64,000 nucleotides of DNA from an uncultured Candidatus Saccharibacteria bacterium (GTDB lineage: Bacteria; Patescibacteriota; Minisyncoccia; Phycocordibacterales; UBA9973). A program made the translations under genes and the position numbers. This document shows, one piece after another, positions 50,151-60,716 of the stretch; the stretch's first letter is position 1, and each line of letters begins with the position of its first letter. The stretch lies in the NCBI GenBank assembly GCA_964622505.1, contig CAZUQJ010000002.1, positions 71,905 to 135,904 on the forward strand, in the 5' to 3' direction. The notes under the pieces were generated by a model. It saw nothing but the letters and a program-made list of their open reading frames with translations, had not been told where the DNA came from and ran no database searches.

Positions 50151-50735
50151 TTATTTTTTGGGTTTAGAGATTACTTCGTCTATTAGATTGTATTTTTTTG
50201 CTTCTTCGGCAGTCATCCAGTTGTCTCTATCAGCGTCCTTCTCTACCTGAGCGGGAGTCTTGCCTGTATTCTTGCTCAGAATTTTATTTAAATTTTCTTT
50301 GATGCGTAGAATATGTTTGGCTTGGATCTCTATATCGCTTGCTTGCCCTTCGGCGCCACCAAGCACTTGGTGGATCATAATCTCCGAGTTTGGTAGTGCA
50401 AAGCGCTTGCCCTTAGAACCAGCCGAGAGTAGTAGTGAGCCCATCGATGCAGCTACACCGACGCATATTGTGGAGACATCGGCTCGGACGAAGTTCATAG
50501 TGTCCAGTATTGCCATACCAGCCGAAACCGATCCGCCAGGAGAGTTGATGTACAAGTGGATATCCTTTTTGGAGTCCATATGGTCTAGATACAACAACTG
50601 CGCTACAACCAAGTTTGCAATATGATCATCGATCGCTCCTGCGAGGAATATGATGCGCTCGTTGAGGAGGCGAGAGTATATGTCATAAGCTCGCTCACCG
50701 TTCATTGTTTTTTCGATAACTGTTGGGATTAACAT
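50151..50735 (-). CDS. clpP: ATP-dependent Clp protease proteolytic subunit
   Basis: [30 protein letters not shown]. Confidence 0.96.
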   Translation of the reverse strand: MLIPTVIEKTMNGERAYDIYSRLLNERIIFLAGAIDDHIANLVVAQLLYLDHMDSKKDIHLYINSPGGSVSAGMAILDTMNFVRADVSTICVGVAASMGSLLLSAGSKGKRFALPNSEIMIHQVLGGAEGQASDIEIQAKHILRIKENLNKILSKNTGKTPAQVEKDADRDNWMTAEEAKKYNLIDEVISKPKK

Positions 50736-50961
50736 AAAATAGTTCAAAATTTTAAAGATAAATAAAAATTTTAAATAGCTCTCCCCAAAGGGTACAGGAT
50801 TTTTGAAGCTTAAAAATCCCTGAAGTTTGGTCGCCGTCGCTCCCAAAACCCCCTTTGGAAAGACTATTTCAAATTTGTATTTATATACTAGCAAAATAAG
50901 GGTATTTTGACACTTGACAAAATGGTATAAATAGTGGTATAATAGAACAAATATTCGAAAA

Positions 50962-51417
50962 ATGAAAAAAATTCTAAATAAGTTCGCAATCTTGGTTGCC
51001 CTTGTGGCAACAGTCCTATTTTCTTCTTGTTCCAAAAATTCTGATCCTGTACCAGTTGGCGTAACCGTTGGAACAGGTCCTGATGGTGGTATCTACATTG
51101 ACATCTCTTTTGGGGGATATCATGGCGGTGGATACTCGTATCCAAACGGTTATCCAAGAAATTGGAATCAGTCGGATGAATTTAGCTTTATTTGCTACAT
51201 CTGGACCAACCCTGTGTCCAGAAACAATCGTCCAGTTTTTTTGGATGCGGCAGGAAAAATTCCAGCAAAAAGTCCAAACGGTGGAGTTGTTATTGTAAAT
51301 ATAAGTACGTCAATGATGTCATATTTACAGTATGACCCAACTCAATGTGTTTTAGTTCCGGTAGTTGTCACTATGAAAAGGGACAACAATTACAAATGGT
51401 ACTACGAGGTTGAATAA
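50962..51417 (+). CDS. Putative lipoprotein (solo gene)
   Basis: Lipobox LFSS-C followed by SKNSD; TTGACA-N18-TATAAT promoter at 50914-50943. Confidence 0.7.
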   Translation: MKKILNKFAILVALVATVLFSSCSKNSDPVPVGVTVGTGPDGGIYIDISFGGYHGGGYSYPNGYPRNWNQSDEFSFICYIWTNPVSRNNRPVFLDAAGKIPAKSPNGGVVIVNISTSMMSYLQYDPTQCVLVPVVVTMKRDNNYKWYYEVE

Positions 51418-51492
51418 ACCAGCGTATCAAAAAAATAAAAAATCCCAGCTTTTCAGTTGGGATTTTTTTTATGCAAAAGGGGAGTAGACCCT

Positions 51493-52551
51493 TTACTGAG
51501 CGCTTAAGAATGCAAAAACTTTTTCGTTGGTTAGCATTTGTTCCACATATGCGCGAGCACGCACTGGATCCGCGTCTTTATACATTTTTGTGATAGTGTC
51601 GGCTTCTTTTTCCACTTCCTCATCTGCCGGCTTAAGACTTTCTTTTACCGATATGTTGTGGATGATGAGTTCAAGCAGTGCACGCTTTTCAGCGTCGGCA
51701 CGCCACTCTTTTGATATGTCTTCCATGCTCTTGCCGATCTGCTTGAAGTAATCTTCGAGCTTGAATCCCATATTGGTAATGTCGGCTTCAAGTTTGTACA
51801 TCATCTTTTGTATTTCACTATTTATAAGTATCTCGGGGATCTCGCATTTTGTATCGGCAACAATAGCTTCTATTATGCTCATGCGTACTTTGTCTTTGGC
51901 TTGTGTTTCTTTTTCGATCTTGATGTTCTCACGGATCTTGTTTGTAAATTCTTCTACTGTTTCAAACTTGCCAAAAGACTTTACAAACTCATCATCGACA
52001 ATTGGGAGTTGTTCCTCGGTCAGTTCTGGGTGATCATGGGGCTCGCCTTCTTTGTGCTCGTGCGCTGGCATACTTTGATGAGCGCGCATTTTGCGCAAGT
52101 CGTCGATTACTTTCTTTACATCTGTTTCTTCAACAACGATTTCTTTTTTATTTTCTTCCTTGCTATTCTCTGTCTTTGCAATCTTTTTGTAATCTGGAAG
52201 TGTCATTTCTGGAATCACGGCTGTCTTTATCTTGAATTCTAGATCAGCACCTTTTGCGATTTTTGTAATAGTGATCTCTGGTCGGCCGATGGCATCAATT
52301 TTATTCTCTTCAAGAATCTTTGGATACGCATCTGATATTGCTAATTCTGCCATTTCTTCGAGGAGCACAAGCCCGTTTACATTTTGCTTCAATATATCCG
52401 CTGGAGCTTTGCCTTTGCGGAAGCCTGGTATTTCCATCCGCTCGCCAGCGCGAGCTAGAGCCTTGGCCTCATAGCTCTCAAGAGTTTCTGCAGTTAGGGA
52501 ATATTTAATTTCTACCTCGCTTTTTGCGAGTTTGTTGATTGTGGTTGTCAT
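51493..52551 (-). CDS. tig: Trigger factor lacking the FKBP domain
   Basis: IPGFRKGKAP ribosome-binding motif; 352 aa; lies upstream of clpP. Confidence 0.9.
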   Translation of the reverse strand: MTTTINKLAKSEVEIKYSLTAETLESYEAKALARAGERMEIPGFRKGKAPADILKQNVNGLVLLEEMAELAISDAYPKILEENKIDAIGRPEITITKIAKGADLEFKIKTAVIPEMTLPDYKKIAKTENSKEENKKEIVVEETDVKKVIDDLRKMRAHQSMPAHEHKEGEPHDHPELTEEQLPIVDDEFVKSFGKFETVEEFTNKIRENIKIEKETQAKDKVRMSIIEAIVADTKCEIPEILINSEIQKMMYKLEADITNMGFKLEDYFKQIGKSMEDISKEWRADAEKRALLELIIHNISVKESLKPADEEVEKEADTITKMYKDADPVRARAYVEQMLTNEKVFAFLSAQ

Positions 52552-52566
52552 ATCTATATTATTTAT

Positions 52567-53151
52567 TTAATCTAATTTTGGAGCGTAATCTTTCTGGTAT
52601 CTTTCTTCGCACTCTTTAATAATTTTTATTGCCTCATCTGCATCAAAGAATCCCAATACTTTGCAAGTTCCAGCTTTTTTCAAATGTTTGTAGTATTCGA
52701 AGTAGTGCTCTGTTTCTTTTTGCCAGTGAGGACCGAGCTCTGTGTATGAAGTAATATGATCCATTCTTTTGTCGTCAGCAAGTACTGTGATGATCTTGTC
52801 GTCACGCTCGCCACCGTCTTCGAATTTCATAACACCTATAACACGTGCTTCTACAAGTGATCCTGGGATCAATGGCTCGGTCACATTTGCGATAACAAAA
52901 TCAAGCAAATCATTGTCCTGATCCCAAGTCATAGGAATCGCTCCATACGATACTGGGTATGCAAGTGATGAATAGCCTACACGGTCTAGCTTCAAGTGTC
53001 CTGTTTCTGTAATAAGTTCGTATTTATTGATACTTCCAGAATTAATTTCTACAATTCCATTGATTACTTTTTTATCTTCGTTTGCGAAAGGAGGGAGTAC
53101 GTGCTGAAGGTTCAGCATTGCTTTTGAAGGTTTGTGATTTATGTTTGCCAT
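52567..53151 (-). CDS. ppa: Inorganic pyrophosphatase (family I)
   Basis: NKYE, LDRV, YP.SYG, DQDNDLLD, DGGERDDKI. Confidence 0.9.
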   Translation of the reverse strand: MANINHKPSKAMLNLQHVLPPFANEDKKVINGIVEINSGSINKYELITETGHLKLDRVGYSSLAYPVSYGAIPMTWDQDNDLLDFVIANVTEPLIPGSLVEARVIGVMKFEDGGERDDKIITVLADDKRMDHITSYTELGPHWQKETEHYFEYYKHLKKAGTCKVLGFFDADEAIKIIKECEERYQKDYAPKLD

Positions 53152-53173
53152 AATTTTAAATTTAAATTAATAA

Positions 53174-54352
53174 TTATTCTGTCCCGTCATCGACTAAGCC
53201 ATCTTCTATAATTATATCACTTTCATTATCATCTGTAACACTCCCTGCTGTTGGCATGCCTTTGATATCAATTCTCCAACCTGTGAGCTTGGCTGCGAGG
53301 CGTACATTTTGGCCACCTTTACCGATTGCAAGTGATAGCTGATCCTCGGCAACTTCTACTTGAGCTTTGTGGTCTTCTTCATTGATCTCTATGTCAGTAA
53401 CATTTGCTGGAGAGAGTGCGCTTGCGACGAATTCTCTTGGATTCTCGGACCATGGAATGATGTCTATCTTCTCACCACCAAGCTCACTCATGACTGTTGT
53501 TACACGGATACCTTTCTGGCCCACACAAGATCCGACAGGATCGATGTGATCATCGTTTGAATACACAGCAATTTTAGAACGTGAGCCTGGCTCGCGAGCG
53601 ATGGATTTGATTTCCACCACTCCGCTTGCTATCTCAGGAGCTTCGAGTTCAAAGAGTCCTTGGATCAATTTTGGATTTGTACGAGAAAGTTTGAGGTTTA
53701 TTCCACGAGGAGATTCCTCCACACTATACAAGTATGCACGGATGCGCTCGCCACGGCGGTAGAATTCACCAGGGATTTGCTCTTCTGGAGGCATGATACC
53801 TGTTGCACGGTCGAATTCGATATATACAACTCCACGCTCTACTTTCTGCACGAAGCCATTTATGATCTGGCCTTCTTTGCCACCGTATTCATCCATTACA
53901 GAATCGCGTTCTGCTTCACGGATTTTTTGGATTATAACTTGCTTGGCAGTTTGGGCTGCGATACGGCCGTAGTCTTCTTTGGATTCAAGAGGGAAGATTA
54001 TTTCTTCTTCAAGTTCGGCACCGCTCTTGATCTTCATAGCATCGTTTAGCATGATGTGGTGCTCTTCATTGTAGCGGACTCGTTCGTCGCCTTCTTCTAT
54101 CTCTTCTTCCTCTTCACCTTCGAGGACTATGCGGACCAAAGAATCGTCCACGACGATTTTGACTTGGTAGAATTCTGTCTCGCCTGTCTCCATATTGAAA
54201 TGGGCACGGATGATCTGGCCTTTTTTGCCGTAATCTTTCTTGTAAGCGGCAGCCATAGCTTGCTCGATGGCTTCGAGAATTTTGGCTTTTGGTATTTTGC
54301 GCTCTTGCTCGAGTTGCTCGAGAGCGGATTTCATTGTTTTGAGATCTAACAT
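53174..54352 (-). CDS. nusA: Transcription termination factor NusA
   Basis: GRIAAQTAKQ, AREPGSRSKIAV, AIGKGGQNVRLAAKLTGWRIDI. Confidence 0.97.
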   Translation of the reverse strand: MLDLKTMKSALEQLEQERKIPKAKILEAIEQAMAAAYKKDYGKKGQIIRAHFNMETGETEFYQVKIVVDDSLVRIVLEGEEEEEIEEGDERVRYNEEHHIMLNDAMKIKSGAELEEEIIFPLESKEDYGRIAAQTAKQVIIQKIREAERDSVMDEYGGKEGQIINGFVQKVERGVVYIEFDRATGIMPPEEQIPGEFYRRGERIRAYLYSVEESPRGINLKLSRTNPKLIQGLFELEAPEIASGVVEIKSIAREPGSRSKIAVYSNDDHIDPVGSCVGQKGIRVTTVMSELGGEKIDIIPWSENPREFVASALSPANVTDIEINEEDHKAQVEVAEDQLSLAIGKGGQNVRLAAKLTGWRIDIKGMPTAGSVTDDNESDIIIEDGLVDDGTE

Positions 54353-54420
54353 TTTAGCTTTTAGCTACTAGGAACTAGGTGCTAGCTAGAATCCAGAAGC
54401 TTTTTATTAAATTTTTGATT

Positions 54421-54450
54421 AAAAAAAGTCCAGCTTTCGGGGCGGACTAA
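54421..54450 (-). promoter_or_regulatory. Terminator-like hairpin in the nusA leader (possible NusA-dependent autoregulation)
   Basis: AGTCCGCCCCGAAAGCTGGACTTTTTTT lies between a TTGCAA/TATACT promoter (about 54460-54486) and the nusA start. Confidence 0.5.
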
Positions 54451-54568
54451 TACATATACAGTATACTATTTGACCACTTTTTGCAAGAGTTAGATTACGT
54501 ATCTTAAGTATTACAATACTTCTACCAATAAAAAGATCGATAGCGGAAAAGCTATCGATCTTTTTATT

Positions 54569-55780
54569 TTAAGCTACACAAGGTAGCATAATGCAATCAA
54601 GCGAACCGTGTACGTCTGGAGTATGACGGCCTGTTATTTTAGCGTCAATCACATCCCCGTTCTCCCCAATGTAGGCAGTCAGACGTAGGTACCAGTCACT
54701 TTTTAGTAGTTGACCATTTGTTCCGTAATGTGGAATAAAGAACTTTTTTTGGTCAATAGATTCTTGGGCAATGTAGGATGAATGTCGCAACTTGGTTGCT
54801 TTGTTAAATTCATCATGATTTTGATTGGCAAACCATACTCCGTGCGACCCACTCTCTACATCTTTTTTTAAAATGAATTCTTTGTTCTGGAACCAAGAAT
54901 TATTTTTTGGAAAATGTTTGCCAAGCACTACGGTTGGAGGTACATACCGACGCAGTAGCTCTATGGAGTCAGAGAAAAATGCTTTGTTCAGCTCTTCAAA
55001 CTGAAAGTCCAACGTAGGGTTTGAAATGACCCCAAGTAAACCTTTGGAAGATAGCCATGGTGAAAGTGGATAAAGAAATTTTTCAGGTTGATTTAAATAC
55101 ATTTTAATCAACTTTTCTCGCATGGGTAACTCTTCTTTCCAGTTCATGCCCCAAGGAACCATGTCGATGATATCTTCATCAAGAATCATTACACTTTCGG
55201 TAAAAGCATCCTGTAAAACCATATGAACACCATGTTGGTTGAGAATACGTTGCATCTGCTTAAAGATTTGCTCGTAGAAGCGCTCTCGGTGAGCATACAT
55301 CCACACAAGTCTTTTTTCTCCAACGAAATCTTTTAATACACTTTTTACACCAATAAAAGATGGATCTTCTCCAAAAATGTCACGTAAAAAAAGTGCTACA
55401 GGAATAGGTCGCGAATTGTAAGAATCGATCTCTGCAATGTTTAGGTTCTCATCGTGGTCAATCATAACATCTACTTTTGCAATTGGAATATTTTTTTCAG
55501 GATACGTAATAGGCAATCCATCAGTGGCCTGTTTACATATGTTGTAAACAGTTTGGGTTGCTAAATTTTGGTTGCCATGATGGCCACAAAAATCTAGTAA
55601 ACCACTAACCCCTTTATGATAGCAGGAAGTTAGTTGTCCAATTTCTTTTAATTGCCGCATTATATTTGGTTTTAAAAGAAATGGTTCCGGTGATAGTTTA
55701 TACCCGTATCTAGGGTCGGGTTCTGTAGACCAATAACCATTATCTAAATGGTACGCTACTAAATCTTTGTACGTTTTCAT
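54569..55780 (-). CDS. ATP-grasp-like ligase (circularly permuted/glutathionylspermidine-synthase-like)
   Basis: KVDVM...IAEID.YN, FILKK..ESGSHGV, YIAQE, LRL. Confidence 0.65.
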   Translation of the reverse strand: MKTYKDLVAYHLDNGYWSTEPDPRYGYKLSPEPFLLKPNIMRQLKEIGQLTSCYHKGVSGLLDFCGHHGNQNLATQTVYNICKQATDGLPITYPEKNIPIAKVDVMIDHDENLNIAEIDSYNSRPIPVALFLRDIFGEDPSFIGVKSVLKDFVGEKRLVWMYAHRERFYEQIFKQMQRILNQHGVHMVLQDAFTESVMILDEDIIDMVPWGMNWKEELPMREKLIKMYLNQPEKFLYPLSPWLSSKGLLGVISNPTLDFQFEELNKAFFSDSIELLRRYVPPTVVLGKHFPKNNSWFQNKEFILKKDVESGSHGVWFANQNHDEFNKATKLRHSSYIAQESIDQKKFFIPHYGTNGQLLKSDWYLRLTAYIGENGDVIDAKITGRHTPDVHGSLDCIMLPCVA

Positions 55781-55869
55781 TGCATTATTTTTTTATAAAA
55801 GGACAATTCGCATCTTTGTGATACGACACTGGCAGTGTCTCTACATGACCAATGTCCTCGCACAAAAAT

Positions 55870-56298
55870 TTAAATAATATCTCTTACTTCTTCAAGGGTC
55901 AGCACAATGTGATCTGGGTCTCCGCTTTCTTCCGTTGGCCCTTCTTCAGCAAATTTTCCGTTTTTGAACCATACGGTCGTATAGCCAAGTTTATTGCCCG
56001 TGGCAATCTCAGACGATATACGGTCTCCAATAACATACACCTCAGTATAGTTATTTCCAATAATTTCCGTGAAGAGATCAGTTGTCTTTGTGTCTACGTA
56101 ATGGACGCTCTTAAAGAAATTCTCAATGCCAAGCTCAGCTACAAGTGTATTGCGACCTTCGCCATTTTTGGAGACAAGGAAACAGTCATATGATGTATAC
56201 GCATGTTCTAATAAATTTTTGGCGAAAGGGTTGAGAGTTCCAGTTTCTGGATTATAGATGGTCCTCATAAAATCGAATATGACGGCTTGATCTTTCAT
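55870..56298 (-). CDS. HAD-like hydrolase
   Basis: IFDFMRTI, VIGDR..SEI..GNKLGYTTVW. Confidence 0.75.
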   Translation of the reverse strand: MKDQAVIFDFMRTIYNPETGTLNPFAKNLLEHAYTSYDCFLVSKNGEGRNTLVAELGIENFFKSVHYVDTKTTDLFTEIIGNNYTEVYVIGDRISSEIATGNKLGYTTVWFKNGKFAEEGPTEESGDPDHIVLTLEEVRDII

Positions 56299-56373
56299 AG
56301 GTATAAAGTGTAGCAACTACAAATACCATGTCAAGCACTTGGTAGCCATTTTTATTTATGGTAAAATTTGCTT

Positions 56374-56730
56374 ATGGATAATACTGTTTTACCACAGACT
56401 GAAAATAGCACTCCAAAGAAACCTTTTATTTACAAAAAGAGCATTATCGTGTCGCTTTCTATCATTGTCGTTTTTGCATTGGCAATTTACTTCTTCCTCA
56501 AATATAAGAAAACAACAGTTGAAGCCCCAAAGCCAATGACGAAAGAAGAGAAAATCGATATATTGAATCGTTTAAACAAAAATCCACCAAATGACGGCTC
56601 GGTGAGTATGACTACAGACGAGAAGTTGCAGATTTTAGATACTATATCTACCAAGAAGGGTGACCCAAATACAAAAAAGAAGCCATCGACCCCAGAGGAG
56701 CAACAGCAAATGTTTAACTCAATAGAGTAA
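56374..56730 (+). CDS. Hypothetical single-TM protein
   Basis: One TM helix plus repeated MTxxEKxxIL motifs. Confidence 0.65.
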   Translation: MDNTVLPQTENSTPKKPFIYKKSIIVSLSIIVVFALAIYFFLKYKKTTVEAPKPMTKEEKIDILNRLNKNPPNDGSVSMTTDEKLQILDTISTKKGDPNTKKKPSTPEEQQQMFNSIE

Positions 56731-56749
56731 TTCAAGAATAATCAATAGC

Positions 56750-58126
56750 ATGCAAACAAATATTCATTTTAAAAATATAGTACAGAAGTTTGGAGTCATT
56801 GCTCTCGGTATTGTATTTGCTCTCGGTGCAAGCTATGTGTCGGCTATGAGTAGGCCTGCCGATATTTCTACCCCTGCCCCAGAAGTTTTGAATGTAGGAG
56901 AGGCCACACAGGTCAAGCCGGGCTTGATTAGTCTGCTCGGATTTACCGCTGGCGACTATGCCGACAAGGATAATTTTAATTACACAGCAATTGATAAATT
57001 GGGCATTATGTCTATTGGTAAAAAAGAGACTCCAGAGTTTTCAAAAGGCATTAGTCTGGATATTGCTGGCACAACTGGAATACTTGGTACTATTCGTTCA
57101 AAAGATTTGGAAAGCTCTGGGCTCAAAGAAGTCTGTGCTGATTCGACAGGCAAAATTATTTTCTGTACAAAAGCAAAAGAACTTGTTTCGGCCGATTCCG
57201 AAGAGCCGACTTACTATGGATTGATGGTCCCAGAAGGAGTGAAATCTATCACAGTAGAGATGTATGGTGGTGGCGGATCAGGGTATGGGAAAGCCAATAG
57301 TAATACTGGGGTAGATAACGGACAATCATCCTATATAATCGGAGACGGAGTTAGTATTGTTGCCGAGGGGGGACAGGGGGCAGATATATATAGCACTGGA
57401 GGCAAGGGCGGCAAGGTTGTAATCACAGGTAGTGGTGTAAGTGTGGACACAAAACAAGAGGATGCAAATGGATCTGCTCCGGGATCATTTACCGCCAATC
57501 CTTCACAGTATGGATCAAGCTCTACTTGTAGTGGTACCGTATATTCTACAATTAAAGGAGCGAATGGAAATGTCGGAGGTAAAGGGGGCAAGCCGTACAA
57601 TGGATCCAATGCAAGTGGAGGGTCTGCAGGTTCTGCTGGTCCGACATCTGGTACTTACAAGAGTAAAGCTTGGAACTTCAACATTATTTCAAGCGAGACA
57701 ACCCCCCCAGTAAATAGAACAAATTGTGATTATGCTACCCAGTCAAGCGATGAATATGTACCAAGTCAGTATATAAATAACCGCCCAGGAGGCAACGGTG
57801 CTAGTGGAGCGAGCTACGGAGCAGGGGGTGCAGGCTTTGGGGGCAAAGGCGGACTGTCAGCCGTGTATTCAGGAAGTATAAATAATTGCACAGAATGTTT
57901 TGGAGGGGACGGCAGTGCAGGAGGCGGTGCGGGAGCGTATGTAAAAGCTAAATTCAATACTCAAGCTGGAAGTACCTATTATGTAAAAGTTGGTAATGGA
58001 GGTAAACATGCAGGGTATAGTTGTAATGGTGGTGGTGGATCAAATAGCTGTTTAAATGATCTTGGTGGTGGTGCAACCCCTGGAGCGGGATATCCAGGCT
58101 ACGTAAAAGTAACATACAATAATTAA
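56750..58126 (+). CDS. Secreted fibre-like protein with a glycine-rich domain
   Basis: Signal peptide, EVCADSTGKIIFC neck, VPEGVKSITVEMYGGGG, GGGAGAY. Confidence 0.75.
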   Translation: MQTNIHFKNIVQKFGVIALGIVFALGASYVSAMSRPADISTPAPEVLNVGEATQVKPGLISLLGFTAGDYADKDNFNYTAIDKLGIMSIGKKETPEFSKGISLDIAGTTGILGTIRSKDLESSGLKEVCADSTGKIIFCTKAKELVSADSEEPTYYGLMVPEGVKSITVEMYGGGGSGYGKANSNTGVDNGQSSYIIGDGVSIVAEGGQGADIYSTGGKGGKVVITGSGVSVDTKQEDANGSAPGSFTANPSQYGSSSTCSGTVYSTIKGANGNVGGKGGKPYNGSNASGGSAGSAGPTSGTYKSKAWNFNIISSETTPPVNRTNCDYATQSSDEYVPSQYINNRPGGNGASGASYGAGGAGFGGKGGLSAVYSGSINNCTECFGGDGSAGGGAGAYVKAKFNTQAGSTYYVKVGNGGKHAGYSCNGGGGSNSCLNDLGGGATPGAGYPGYVKVTYNN

Positions 58127-58129
58127 TAT

Positions 58130-58510
58130 ATGCAAAAAAATAATTTAAAATTTTTCATCCTCGCATTCCTAACAGTATTTACTTTGCAAGTAGTCGGGGC
58201 GTATACTTCTGCTCCATCATCGGGACCTACAAGCAACAACACAATTGCTCCAATGAATGATTCAGCAGACAACAATAGCAAATATTCTGGCTTGGGGGTC
58301 AAAGAATTGATCTCTGGCGACACAGGTGTGATCGCCGTAGACGTGTCTGGCAACATGGGCGTCAATACAAGTTCCGCACCAACCGATGTACGATTGGAGG
58401 TAGGAGGATCTATAAAGATAAAAGACTTGGCTGGTACAGGGACTCGCGCTATATGCGCAAGTACAACAGGCTCAGCCAACGAAGGTTACCCACTTGTAAT
58501 ATGTCCTTAA
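58130..58510 (+). CDS. Small secreted fibre-stem protein
   Basis: Signal peptide, PTSNNTIAP, GNMGVNT..P...LEVGG, AICASTTG. Confidence 0.7.
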   Translation: MQKNNLKFFILAFLTVFTLQVVGAYTSAPSSGPTSNNTIAPMNDSADNNSKYSGLGVKELISGDTGVIAVDVSGNMGVNTSSAPTDVRLEVGGSIKIKDLAGTGTRAICASTTGSANEGYPLVICP

Positions 58511-58514
58511 TTAT

Positions 58515-59870
58515 ATGAAAAATAGTATGAAAAACATTTTAATAATAGCTGTAGCATTCCTCTTTTTTGGGTACGTTGTATACGCCGACCCTACTAATGT
58601 ACCGGTAACAGAGAATATAGATGCCCCGATTACTCAGCTGGATTATCCTCAAGACAAAAATGGGGCTTTGATTGTAAACAAACTCTCTGTCGGTGACTGG
58701 AAAGATTCTGCTGGTAATTTTGTTGTCTTTACTTCGACAGGCAAACTCGGTATTAAACAGACCGCTTCGAGCCTAAGTGCAATAACAGAATACTTGGAAG
58801 TAGAATCAGGCAAAGTGCGACTTTCTGAGTTATCGGTTCCTGGGGTAGAAGTATGTGCTGACTCGAAAGGCAACTTGGTACAATGTCAGTCGACAATATT
58901 TAGTCATTCCGGCAATGACACAAAAGCATACGAGACATATAGCTTCAAAGTCCCAGCAGGAGCAAAAAAATTGATTGTAGAACTTTATGGTGCTGGTGGA
59001 GCTGGGTATTTTTTAAGCTCGAGTAGCTACGATAGGTCACCAGATGACTATTCCGGTTGTGGTAAAGGGAGTGGGGGTTCTTATTCTTGTGCAAGTGGTG
59101 GATCTGCATTTTTCTATGATACTGATGGTACAACTACACTACTTCAAGCAAAAGGTGGTAAAGTCGCAACAGGAAAGCATACAGGGGGCACTGGGGGTTC
59201 AACATATGTGAATACGAGTTCTTCAAAAGTTGAAACAAGCGGAAAAGTTGAGACAAGTGGAACAAACGGAGAAGCTGGAGAAAATGGAGTAGCCAAAGAT
59301 ACCAGTCAGACATTTAAATGCGGAACAACATACACCGCAACGATAGGTGGGATGGGTGGTGCAGGTGGTGCAGGTGGAAATGCAGGCAAGGGTGGCAAAA
59401 CTCCTGGTGGAAATGGTGGTAGGGGTGGAGCAACTATTTTAGAATTAACAGAATATGAGAGGTGTGTAGATATGTTCTATTCATTCAATAAGGGTAAAGG
59501 GTATCTATCTGAGGGTGGAGTTAATGGTCAATTTGGTGGTGGTGGTAGTGGGGCTGGAGGTATTGGTGGGTATTCCGATAGAGGCGGAGATTTTGCAAAT
59601 GAGAATGAATCACTTTGCTCAAAAGGTGCTACTTGCCCAGGATCTGATCAAGGTTATGCAGGTGGTGGTGGGGGTGGATACGCAAAAGCAACAGTCACGG
59701 TTAGTGGTGGGCAGACATATACGATCAAGCTTTCTCATGGAGGAGCGGTACAAGGTATTACAGAAGATAAGGGAGATGTATGGTGCTACGATCGTGTAAA
59801 AGATGTATGTCATAGTGGATCACGTAGCGGTCATGGCTCTGGTGCTTATGCAAAAATTACAGTGAATTAA
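58515..59870 (+). CDS. Secreted fibre-like glycine-rich protein (paralog of 56750)
   Basis: EVCADSKGNLVQC, FKVPAGAKKLIVELYGAGG, GGGGGGYA. Confidence 0.75.
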   Translation: MKNSMKNILIIAVAFLFFGYVVYADPTNVPVTENIDAPITQLDYPQDKNGALIVNKLSVGDWKDSAGNFVVFTSTGKLGIKQTASSLSAITEYLEVESGKVRLSELSVPGVEVCADSKGNLVQCQSTIFSHSGNDTKAYETYSFKVPAGAKKLIVELYGAGGAGYFLSSSSYDRSPDDYSGCGKGSGGSYSCASGGSAFFYDTDGTTTLLQAKGGKVATGKHTGGTGGSTYVNTSSSKVETSGKVETSGTNGEAGENGVAKDTSQTFKCGTTYTATIGGMGGAGGAGGNAGKGGKTPGGNGGRGGATILELTEYERCVDMFYSFNKGKGYLSEGGVNGQFGGGGSGAGGIGGYSDRGGDFANENESLCSKGATCPGSDQGYAGGGGGGYAKATVTVSGGQTYTIKLSHGGAVQGITEDKGDVWCYDRVKDVCHSGSRSGHGSGAYAKITVN

Positions 59871-59948
59871 ATATTTAAATTTATTACCATAAATAAAAAC
59901 AGCCACTTGGAAAGTGGTTGTTTTTATTTTGAGAGAATTTTATATAAT

Positions 59949-60716
59949 CTAATTTTTTATTAGTTTATATACTTTATTGTCGGTATGTAAGAAATACATT
60001 CCGGGTATAAAGTTAGAAGTTTCGATTGTTGCAGAATCTGTTGATCCTGTGTAAACAGTTTGCCCTAAAGTATTTGTGATTGTGATTGGTTGAATTTCAT
60101 TGAAATTCAATAGATCAATATGATCACTAAAGGGATTTGGATATATTGTTAGATTGGATTTTGGGTTGTTGATTCCTGTTGAACCAGGTTTTTGACCATA
60201 AACAAGAGTTTGTTTTAGTGGATCATAGTAACTTGGTTCAAAACCATCAAGACCCATTGCAAGTTTGATTTGGATGTCTAAGCTGTCTCCTAGTGCGATA
60301 CCTGACATATCTAAATCGGCAGTAATCCTTAATTTTACATAGCTACGACCCAATGGAAAATTGGGAGGTAAATTAAAACTGGATTTATACCAAGATATAT
60401 CTCCGTAGTACGACAAGGTATCGTAGGGTGGTCTCATTAAGGACACTTTAAGGTTACTTAGTAACCAAGGTTTCCCAGATGAAGTTACGTCACCGTAGAT
60501 AATTTGAAGCCACGCACGATCTTCAACTTGGTGGGTTTCATTACCCTTGATCTCAATTTCATATACTATGTAATCGGCATATATATTGCTATCAATGGGG
60601 TGTAGTACGGTTCTGTGCTCTAGGGGTTCTTTAAACCCTTGAGCCATACCCTGAGGTATGTAGATGGCGACCAAAAACATGGTCCAAAAGAGTGTTTGAA
60701 TTATTCTATTTTTCAT
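59949..60716 (-). CDS. Secreted protein with a T9SS type-A C-terminal sorting domain (solo gene)
   Basis: Signal peptide; C-terminus TGIN...IYPNPFSD...ITNTLGQTV...IETSNFIPGMYFL....YKLIKN. Confidence 0.85.
   Translation of the reverse strand: MKNRIIQTLFWTMFLVAIYIPQGMAQGFKEPLEHRTVLHPIDSNIYADYIVYEIEIKGNETHQVEDRAWLQIIYGDVTSSGKPWLLSNLKVSLMRPPYDTLSYYGDISWYKSSFNLPPNFPLGRSYVKLRITADLDMSGIALGDSLDIQIKLAMGLDGFEPSYYDPLKQTLVYGQKPGSTGINNPKSNLTIYPNPFSDHIDLLNFNEIQPITITNTLGQTVYTGSTDSATIETSNFIPGMYFLHTDNKVYKLIKN

Noticed and set aside
51493-52551. Short trigger factor as a pseudogene
   Set aside because: The ORF is intact with N- and C-terminal domains; loss of the FKBP domain alone does not indicate decay.
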